DNA of 64,000 bases from Eledone cirrhosa (taxonomy: Eukaryota). The DNA is taken from NCBI GenBank assembly GCA_964016885.1, contig OZ024742.1, positions 349,680,001-349,744,000 of the forward strand. The letters run 5' to 3'. A model generated the notes under the pieces. The model had not been told where the DNA came from and did no database searches. It was given only the letters and a program-made list of their open reading frames with translations. Positions 53,241 through 64,000 of this stretch are shown piece after piece (the stretch's first letter is position 1; every line of letters starts with the position of its first letter). Both the position numbers and the translations under genes were made by a program.

Positions 53241-54362
53241 ACATATACATACACACACACATATACACACACATACACACGCGTACACTAACATACAAAC
53301 AGACACACACACACACACACACACACACTTCTCCGTATAAGACAACAGCTGAAAAATATCTTTCAACATGTTAAAATATCCCCCACACACGTACACACAC
53401 ATTCCTACTACGAACCACTCTGCTACACACACACACACACACACACACACATATTTGTCTTAATAGACACCTGAACTGTTGACCTTTCAACATGACTGCA
53501 ATTCACACACACATCCCTACTGACCATTATCACAACGATGAAACCTCTTTACTACACGCACACACACACACACACACATTTGTCTTAAAATTTTTCAGTG
53601 ACTTCTCAATCAGGCGAAAAAGGACACTCTTCGATAAACCTTCATTTGGCGCAAAATCAATTTTTAACATTCACGTGACCTCTACCGACCATCGAAATTG
53701 TTTTGACTACAAGAATGTTTGCAACACGAATTGGCGCGAAACTTATAGTACTCATTCACGTGACATTCAACAACCAACCAAATCTTAATACCTCTGGAGC
53801 CACTTTTTTCACACAAAACAGGTAGAATTTCCAAAACTGATCAGATTAGAGCAAACATCACGACGGTCTATCTCAAAATTACTTTTGAAAAGCATTAGAA
53901 ATGCGCAACCGGTAAAAACTTAAAACTAAAACTGAATTCTAACCAATGCTTATTACTAATTTTTACTTATTCCTAATTAAACTATCTTTCACTGGGAAAA
54001 ATTTGTCAGCATTTTCTTTTCCTTTTACTAATATATATATTTATATATATATACTAATATTTAGGTCAGCATTTGGTGCTGAAACTAATGAACCACCAGT
54101 AACTAAATATAACACACCAATATACCATATATATATATATATATATATAAACCACAGACCCTCCATCTCAACTCTACTTTTGAAAAGCAGAAGAACTGCG
54201 AAACCGGTAAAGGAACCAAATAAATATATATAATTTAAAAAAAAAAAGACTCCAGTTGCATTTTCGATTTCATCTTTTTTTCTTTATACTTCCACTCGTG
54301 TAGGACACCTCGGTTATTTTTCATTTTGTAAAAAAACCTCACTTTCTAATATATATATATAC

Positions 54363-54426
<64 letters not shown>

Positions 54427-54429
54427 AAA

Positions 54430-54488
<59 letters not shown>

Positions 54489-54529
54489 CAAACACACACA
54501 CACACACGCACACACACACACACACACAT

Positions 54530-54572
<43 letters not shown>

Positions 54573-54837
54573 GGAACAAGTAGGACCCCGATGGCTGAGC
54601 TCAAGCCGTTTCGACGGGGAATTCTGAACTAAGTAGTCCAGAATTAGCCGTCGAAACGGCTTGAGCACAGCCGTCGGGGTCCTTCTTGTTCCTATTACCC
54701 ACTCTACTACCCTAAATATTGAGTACTTTGGTGCGTTATGGTTCATCTGGTTCCTTATCACATTTCCTTCGTTATTTATATATATATATATCACGATACA
54801 TTAACGGAGCCATAGACTCTCGCCGTTCCCTGTAAAT

Positions 54838-55012
54838 AATTGTTTCTACACTTTTGGCACACGGCCAGCAAATACCCAGTATATTACTGGTACTTTATTT
54901 TATCGACCCCGTAAGGATGAAAGGCAAAGTTAACCTCGGCGGGATTTGAACTCAGATCGTAAAGGGACGTAACTATGCTGCAAAGCATGGCGTCCGACTC
55001 TCTACCGATACT
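54838..55012 (-). mobile_element. SINE type A
   Basis: Homologous to other copies. Confidence 0.8.
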
Positions 55013-55409
55013 GAATGTGCTCAAAGGAGAGGAAATCCTGGGCAATTTAAAATACAATATTTTGAAAAGGTAACCTTTTCAACATATTGTATTTTATATA
55101 TATATATATATATATATTCTCCATATATTTCATCATGTTTTCGCGGTGACCATTCGTCTCCCCCCCCTTCTACCTACCTATTTCGCCACTTTCTACTCTC
55201 ACCCCTCTTTCTTCCCCTCCCTTTCTCCCTCTCTACTCTTACCGCACTTTCTTCCTCTCCCTTTCTCCCTCTCACTATCACCCCCTCATCTGACCCTATA
55301 CCAGTTCTCTTGTCACTTACAACTGCGGCGGTCAGACGTATGTATTTTTCTCTCGACCACTCAGTCTTCAACTTAAGTTCTCTTATCGAGTGGTCTTGGA
55401 TTTCCTTAC

Positions 55410-55995
55410 CATAAGTTACTCGCACATTGCTCGGTTTGTTGTTGTTTACGCTGTTTTTTTTACTGTTTTCTCAAGTTGCACGCACATTGCTCGGTTTCTT
55501 GTTATTTTCGCTGTTTTTTTAATGTTTTCTCAAGTTGCTCGCACATTGCTCGATTTCTTGTTATTTTCGCTGTTTTTTTAATGTTTTCTCAAGTTGCTCG
55601 CACATTGCTCGATTTCTTGTTATTTTCGCTGTTTTTTTAATGTTTTCTCAAGTTGCTCGCACATTGCTCGGTTTCTTGTTATTTTCGCTGTTTTTTTACT
55701 GTTTTCTCAAGTTGCTCGCACATTGCTCGATTTCTTGTTATTTTCGCTGTTTTTTTAATGTTTTCTCAAGTTGCACGCACATTGCTCGGTTTCTTGTTAT
55801 TTTCGCTGTTTTTTTACTATTTTCTCAAGTTGCTCGCACATTGCTCGATTTCTTGTTATTTTCGCTGTTTTTTTACTGTTTTCTCAAGTTGCTCGCACAT
55901 TGCTCGATTTCTTGCTATTTTCGCTGTTTTTTTAATGTTTTCTCAAGTTGCTCGCACATTGCTCGATTTCTTGTTATTTTCGCTGTTTTTTTTTT
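55410..55995. repeat. 59-bp tandem repeat, about 10 copies
   Basis: caagttgctcgcacattgctcgatttcttgttattttcgctgtttttttaatgttttct; units start at 55531 and 55590. Confidence 0.92.
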
Positions 55996-56212
55996 TAGTG
56001 TTTTCTCTTTTCTTCCCTTTGCTTTCCTTCCCTCCTTTTTCCGTTTTCCCAATAACTTATACAGTTATTGACGCCCTGGGGTGAGATATCTTGTCTTTAA
56101 AGCGTAGAAATATCTGAGACCCCAGTAGTCAACTGATGAGGAACCCCCTCCCCTCGTTATTGCTTTCTTCTTATTCCCACTGTATTTTAAGATATATATA
56201 TATATATATATA

Positions 56213-56244
<32 letters not shown>

Positions 56245-56718
56245 CACGTACGCACAATGATGCACAAATACGCATGTAAATACACACTAAACAATGATGA
56301 CTACGATGATAACTATGACAATGCTAATGACAATGATGAGTAAAGGGGGCAGTATAGTCAGACCTCCACAGTTCAGGATGTCACACTCTATAATTGTTGG
56401 TAAGCATTATCTTTGGTACTTCATTGGTTGATCTTCAATAGAAAACTACATAGACACACACAGGCAGACACAGACACTCACACACACACGCACACACAGA
56501 CAGACAGACACACAGACACAGACACAGACACCGGTACAGACACACACAGATACACAGACACACACACAGGTACACACACACACACACGCACACTGAGAAA
56601 ATTACATTCCCACATACACTCGTACACACACAAACACACACACATTCATACACAGAAACATGTGCACTATATAATTATATATATATATGTATGTATGTAT
56701 GTTTATATATATATATAG

Positions 56719-57115
56719 ACCCCTTAGCCTTTGTCAAGGCTGAATTCTAGGAGAAGGAAAACTCTGATATAACACCTGCAACTCTGATGGTATCCAATGA
56801 TGTTGACTTGTTCTTCTCTTTGGTAAATATCATCTTGGTTAAGAGAGTGGGACTGGCTTTGTGCAGTGCCTTTGCTCACTATAAAAGCTTCACGGCACAG
56901 GCATTGCTTTATATCTGGAGATCTCTCTGCACTTGTCGTCACATGGTACCATGGGCCCAGCACTATGTGTCAATAATTGTCACAAGTGTAGTGTTTGTAC
57001 CAGAGTTTTCATGTCGCTGGCTGGACTAAAAAGTCACACTCGTTCAGCGCATCGGTAGGGGTTCTCCTACATGGATATAAAGTAGTGGCCGTACTCGAAA
57101 ACGTGTTGGCAGCCA

Positions 57116-57118
<3 letters not shown>
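56719..57118 (+). mobile_element. 5'-truncated copy of the 36416-37021 element
   Basis: Near-identical reverse complement of 36416-36815; (TA)n flanks. Confidence 0.75.
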
Positions 57119-57188
<70 letters not shown>

Positions 57189-57193
57189 TATAT

Positions 57194-57625
57194 AAAATAA
57201 AGTAATTAAGTCAAATATTTAAGATTTGGCTTCGTTTAGTAAAGATGTACTGCTATACATATTTCGATGACAGCCATCATTGGCTGTGACCTATTCAGGC
57301 AGTTCGAATTGGTGTGGTAGAGACAGGTACACATGTTGTTGAAGTGTTTTACTCCGTCAATACTCCGATATGTCCAGCTCCTGGTTGGGTTGTTATTTCT
57401 CTGAGGAACTGGAATCAGAGAAATAACAACGCAGCCAGGAGCTGGACATATCGGAGTATTGACGGAGTAAAACACTTTAACAACATGTGTACCTGTCTCT
57501 ACCACACCAATTCCAACTGCCCGAAGAGGTCACAGCCAATGATGGCTGTCATCGAAATATATATAGCAGTACATCTTTAATAAACGAAGCCAGATCTTAA
57601 ATATTTGACTTAATTACTTTATTTT
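57194..57625. mobile_element. 432-bp palindromic element (211-bp arms, 10-nt loop) with a hammerhead motif in each arm
   Basis: Arms 57194-57404 / 57415-57625; cores at 57516-57570 (+, CCGAAGA) and 57249-57303 (-, CTGAATA). Confidence 0.88.
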
Positions 57626-58433
57626 ACATTACTCCGGAGTAACCAAACCAACCTGCGTACTTCGTTGAGTGCTCCAATCTGCATACTGAGGTGTCGGTAA
57701 ACAACCAACATATACTCAATATATATATAATATATACAATCTGAGTTTTTCGAATATTAATAATAACATTCGATTCGTTTGCAATTATGCAAACAAGCCT
57801 CAATTTTATAGCCATGTCAGTAGAATGAACTCTTCATTCTTGTTTTTGTGTTGGCATGTAAACAGAAAGCTATTATATGTGTAAGCTAGTATATGTGTAA
57901 GTTAGTATATGTGTAAGCTAGTATATGTGTGTGCTAATGTGTATCTGTGTGTGCTAGTGTGTATGTAAGCTAGTGTGTATGTAACCTAGTATGTATCTTT
58001 CTATTTAAAACCAACCAATGAAACGCCACAGGTTTCTAACTACCTTCAATCTCAGACTTTTTAAGAACAGCTTTGGTGTATAACATCCGGAACTTTACAG
58101 CTCAGCAATATTTTACTGTACTTTTTACAGTAGCAACACCACCACCACAATCAGCAGCATCACCACCATCACCATCACCACCATCAGTAGCATCACCAAC
58201 ACCATCACCGCCGCTACCACCACCACCATCATCACCACCATCACCATCACCACCACCGCCACCACCACCATCACCACCAACACCACCACCACCATCACCA
58301 CCACCACCACCACCACCAACACGTCGACGACGGCGATGATTCCAGCACCCCCTCCATCATCATCATTATTATTGCTATTAAATATGTATAACCTGGTGGC
58401 GTAATTAGTTCCTACGTCACCACTTTCAAATGT

Positions 58434-58467
<34 letters not shown>

Positions 58468-58513
58468 TATAGGTACACACACACACATATATATATATAA
58501 TAGGTACATACAT

Positions 58514-58545
<32 letters not shown>

Positions 58546-58548
58546 GTG

Positions 58549-58580
<32 letters not shown>

Positions 58581-58604
58581 GAGTGTGTGGGGATAGGTGA
58601 ACGC

Positions 58605-58636
<32 letters not shown>

Positions 58637-59461
58637 GTATATATATACATATATATATGCATTCACCCCCCCCCCCCCCATATATATATGAATATACACA
58701 CATATATACACACATCTATACACACCGTATGCAAACTTTACTCGTTTTTATAGCCTCCTTTCCATTTCTTTGTACGTGAAATCATTTTGTTTGGTCAACT
58801 GGTTCAAAAGAGATAACGCCTGGATACACACACATAAACACATACACAGCTTCACATACACACACAGCTACACATAAACGCACATCCACACACACACACA
58901 CAGCTACACATTCACACACAGGCACACACACACACAGGTACACACACACAGCTACACGCACACACACACACACGTGCGCACCCACACACGAACACACACA
59001 TATGTATATATATATACACACACACATAAACACACATACACACGTACACACACACACATAGCTACACATACACACACGCGCACGCACACACACACGCGCG
59101 CGCGCACACACACACACAGACGAACACACACACATAAACACACATACACAGGTATACATACACAGAGGTATATATACACACACACACGTACACATACACA
59201 CACATATAAACACACACACACAGGTATACATACACACAGGTACACATACACACACACACACATAAACACATATACACAGACATACATACACACGCACACA
59301 CATATACACACACGTACACTCTCGTACATATAATACAGACCCATACACATACACATACATACACAAACGCAGGCATATATACATACACACATAGACACAC
59401 ACTCACTGACACATATACGCATACATATAAATAAACGAAAATATGCACATTTCTGTCTTTG

Positions 59462-59497
<36 letters not shown>

Positions 59498-59578
59498 AAG
59501 ACAGAAATGTGCATATTTTCGTTTGTATATATACATATATATTTATTTATATATATATATAGAGAGAGAGAAAGAGAC

Positions 59579-59645
<67 letters not shown>

Positions 59646-60414
59646 ATAGCTTTCACCGTGTTTTTTTTTACTAAAGAAATTTTAGTCTGATAATGGGGTT
59701 TAGAACCCTCAGATAAATGGGAGTCGAACCCACATCTTTGGTTATCCAGACCACTGTGCTACCATTACACCCACACATCACCCATCTCCTTCCATTCAAA
59801 TTAGAAGCTACATTCTTAGCGAGTATAAATGACAAGTAAGTATGTTTTGAAACAGTGAGCAGGTTTGAAATTAGAAAATAGAATAGCTTTCACCGTATTT
59901 TTTTGACTAAAGGAATTTTAGTCTGATAATGGGGTTTAGAACCCTCAGATAAATGGAAAAAGATGAGTATTGATGTACATGGGAGTCGAACCCACTATTC
60001 TATTTTCTAATTTCAAACCTGCTCACTGTTTCAAAACATACTTACTTGTCATATATATATACTGAAATCATTGTCAATAATCAATATTTATTCTATTTTT
60101 TTTAAGGCCGGTTAAAAGTGGAATCGATAGATCAATTTATATTGCTTATTTAGTTAGGTTTTTATATCTTGTGAGTTCAAATCCTGCCAACTTCAACTTT
60201 ACCTATCATTATTCCGAGGTTGATGACATAAACTTTGAGTCAAGTACTTTCAGGTTCTGAATAATCGCCCTTACCCAGTTTCTTATTTTTAGAGATTATT
60301 TCCAACCCACCACTCTTATTCCACCCTCACCTTATTAAATTTTGTTAATTTATTTCTGGCGAAATTATATTTTAATTGTTAGCATTCATGCAACAATTAA
60401 TTTTCTTTAGATAA

Positions 60415-60550
60415 TTACGGCCCTTTATGGTCTGAGTTCAAATCCCGCCGAGGTTAACTTTGCCTTTCATCCTTGCGGGGTCGATAAAATAAAGTACCAG
60501 TGGTACACTGGATAATTGCTGGCCTTGTGCCAAAAGTAGAAACAATTATA
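60415..60550 (+). mobile_element. 5'-truncated SINE type A
   Basis: Homologous to other copies. Confidence 0.78.
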
Positions 60551-61053
60551 CATGACAAAAAAGTACATTACTAGAAATCCCATATGTTATAAAAAATCAA
60601 CAGAGACAACCTAGGAAAATTACCAATTTTTCTTCCCCATCCGCTTATTCTAACGCACCCCGGCTTATTCTAACACCATCTCAGTTTATTCCCCTCCCCC
60701 ATTATTTGGGGTAACCCGAGAATAATAGCAAGTAGTTGATTATTTAGGATTTCAATGAAATGAAGTTAATTATGAAATCCATTTTGAAATAAACCGTCAA
60801 ATTTTTACACCTTAATTGTGCTTTAAATTATTTATCAAGTGATTGCTAGTAACGGTTTCTTATATAGGCACAAGGACAGCAATTTTGAGGGAGGGGGAAG
60901 TCTCTACCGATACTGCCAATCCACAGCTACTAGATACTACAATACCCTTTACTACTTCTTACTCTGTATAGAGTTCTACTGTTGGTTATGGTCCAGACAA
61001 ATGTGTGACAGTGGTTTTTCAGTTTTTGTATACGTTTGTTTTGTGGATTACTA

Positions 61054-61568
61054 GAATCGGTAGAGTGTCGGACAACATACTTAGCAACATAGAGTTATGT
61101 CCCTTTACGTTCTGAGTTCAAATCCCGCCGAGGTTAGCTTTACATTTCATCCTTATGAGGTCGATTAAATAAAGTACCAGTAACGCACTGGTTCAGTGGT
61201 GTGCAACATATTCCATTGGTCACTTTCGAACATTGGAACAACTATTAGGGCCATTAATATTTATTAAGCACTCTTCCAAAGATTCACCACAACTTCTTTC
61301 CATAACAAGGAACTGGGAAATTATAACACACATAACCCTATCAGTGAAGCCCTTTAGATAAGGTCAACTAACTGAAAATTGTATTACGGTTACGGAAGAA
61401 AATTCTAAATATGCTTACAAGGTAAAAATTAAAAACGGTCATTGCGGGCCACTTTGATTGGTCTGGTGGGCTGGGTTGTGGCCCGCGGGCCCCTGCACTG
61501 GTTCGATTTAATCAACTTTTCCCATCCCTAAAAACTATTGGCCTTGTCTCTAAATCAGAAACCATTAA
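61054..61568 (+). mobile_element. SINE type A interrupted by a hAT MITE
   Basis: SINE sequence 61054-61193 resumes at 61504-61568. Confidence 0.75.
61194..61495. mobile_element. hAT (Charlie-like) MITE with 8-bp TSD
   Basis: CAGTGGTGTGCAAC...GGCCCGCGGGCCCCTG; TSD cactggtt at 61186-61193 and 61496-61503. Confidence 0.75.
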
Positions 61569-64000
61569 TTCCTTGTTTAGTTATTTAATGAGAAGTTGTA
61601 TTTCACTCAGATTTAGGTTTGGTTGTGTTGGAGGTCATCTCTTATGTTTATTTCTACCGTGTAATCAGCTTGGTATTTCTATGTTGTCATGTCTAACAAG
61701 TTGACTTATTAGAATCAATCACAGGCCCCACTACTGTAGATTTCCTCTAAAAAATTGGAAAGACAGCTGCCAACCTGAAGAAGGAACCCCATGAGATGAG
61801 GTGGCTGTTACAGTGTGTGTCCCATTCTCCATGGCAATTCCTTCGACATTCTGACTGGAGCACGGTCAAATCACCACTCTGACTGGGGTGTACAGTCTGT
61901 CCCTCACTCTCTCCATTTCCTTTGTTGCTTAAGTTTTCCCTTTTTTTCTTTTTCTTCTTTCTTTTTCCTTTTCTTGTTTCATTTAAATATTATTTTGTCT
62001 AACTTTACAATGTCATCTTATGGCTTTCACTTTGGTAATATTTACTGTGTATGTTAAGAAAAGATGGAAGTACAAATATTTCTTTGGTATTTTTAGTTAT
62101 CTATATTTCTACATGTGATATACAAAAGTAGTTATCCTTCGTCTTAGTTGACCAAGCAATAGAACAATGTACGTATGTATGTAACTCCTGATGGAGTTTG
62201 GGGGACACCGTTGTAATATACAGTGTGTTAAGGGTAATTTAAGCCTGGCGGAGCCCATCCAGCACATCTTCTTATCTGAAATAAATCGATTTCTTCCAGA
62301 GAAAGAAAGCGAGGTGAAATGACAAAGAGATATAGAGGAATAATCAACGAATACCACAAAGTATTCTTTAACGGCTCGGCCAATCCCCACCCCAGTAGAA
62401 CAAGAACAACTTCACCTTCTCAAATACAAAATACAACATCTAACAAAACACACACCAACTACAAATATTGTTTATTAGGTTAATCAACGCCCTCTGGTTT
62501 GAGAATGGATTAATATGCTACGAAGAAACCCAGAAAACGGGTCACAACACGTAACATACATAACCAAAGATTTACAGAATTTATTACAAAACCACCTTTT
62601 TAGCAGCAGGAAACCTCAAACTTTCAGGTCACATACTTTATACAATCAATGTAATATACTTCTTAGGTATAATATCAACATACATTTCCGTAAATACGCT
62701 AACTCCTTTTAAAATATAAATTGTAAGAAATTTGGAAATAAAGACCACTAAAAGATGACCTAGAAAATAGCACATATAAACAAATACTTAATAAGAATAT
62801 CATTAAGACTCTCGCACATACACATAATATAACTTTGAAGTTGAAAACATTGCGCAGAAATTGAAATTACAAAATAGATTAGAATGTCTAGCTACGTGTG
62901 AGGCATATTTCACACTTAAAGACTACAAAGAACATTTATTTCTAATTCAAAATATAAGTTAATTTATCCAGCTACGACAGAGATAAGACATAATCAGCAA
63001 GAAAATCCCGAGTATGATTAATAATGGCATTAGAGAAGGAATCAGATGTGAGGAATGGAAAAAGGAGAGGAACCAGCTTAGTTAACAACCTTAACAATAA
63101 ACAACAGTGTAACTTTGACATTGTTGATTTTTAGCCTTAGATCACAACCTCTACTCTCTCGCGCTCGAGACTTCGCCAGAAATTACAATATCAGAAACAA
63201 TATACAAACATAGAAATTGCTATGAACTCAATAAAAACTCTGATTTTCAATTAGGATTCTTCTGTTTGGGTCAAAAGACCAAATACATTCAATATCAGTA
63301 TGTATTGTTTCACAGCGCAGATAAACGCCATTTCATTGGTTTATATGTACTAGATGTACTAAATTGTAAATTCACTACAACAACCGACATACAATCAATA
63401 CCTTTAAGAAATTGCTCATTAGCACACGAAAGAAATTGCTACAACGGTTGTGATTTGGCAAATACGTATTAAAGCTAGAAATGTTTTGGCGATAATAAAT
63501 TTGAAGTTTAAGAACAAATAAAACAAAAACAAACAAAACCAAACAATTAGAAAACAACAAAAATAAAGGTGGTTCAAATCACATAATGGCACGGGATCAA
63601 TTCATATTGTGGGGGAGGAGTATGTAATTTTATCTTTGAAACCACTGACTTCTGAAGCGTTAATGAAAGAATGTGCTGCTTTATCGAAGATTTCTCCATT
63701 TCAAGAAATGTTTGAAATTCTCCTACTGATATAACTAAATTAGAAAGAAAAACTATGATTTAGGTGATAAGAATTATGTTTATATATTTGAGTTTCTCGT
63801 TTTATAGAAGTTAAGTGCGACGTCAAGGAAGTTCACAATACTAAGATAAGTAGATGTGGTTATTGGTTATCGACATTTTTTAATGTGTTAACGATATCTT
63901 TCTAAAAAGTGTTTAATATATCTCAGTTGACATTATATGAGTCACCAACCCGCCACCTTTAAATAATCATATGTCTCATCAATAGAATTTTGTAGTATAG

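Noticed and set aside
55410-55995. CRISPR-like array (also 49830-50175)
   Set aside because: Contiguous tandem units without unique spacers, no cas genes, eukaryotic context
56724-56963. REAFIV..SLNQDD peptide as GIY-YIG C-terminus
   Set aside because: Antisense to the element's inferred orientation and only a weak motif match

Overview
AT-rich, microsatellite-dense eukaryotic intergenic/intronic DNA with no convincing host gene; the repeat content is consistent with an octopus/cephalopod genome (inference). 1-25.3 kb: three co-oriented (- strand) Tx1-clade LINEs (ORF1 with CCHC knuckle; ORF2 APE-RT-CCHC) and a 5'-truncated Dong/R4-type LINE (+ strand), all inserted in (AAT)n tracts; the first Tx1 copy seems to keep an open ORF2. 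33-60 kb: (TA)n tracts hosting two Penelope-like elements (one Naiad-like, one with a Cys-rich linker), each with inverted terminal repeats. The same tracts hold short non-coding, often palindromic elements carrying minimal type-I hammerhead ribozyme motifs that point outward toward AATAAA and (TA)n, including a candidate U3-A8 core variant. Also present: two tRNA-derived SINE types (some nested or dimeric with TSDs), a candidate RTE-derived non-autonomous element with a possible 5' HDV-like fold, an RTE 3' fragment, hAT- and pogo-type MITEs, and several minisatellites, one derived from a SINE core. Most ORF-track entries are low-complexity artefacts. Coordinates of degenerate repeats are approximate and read by eye.
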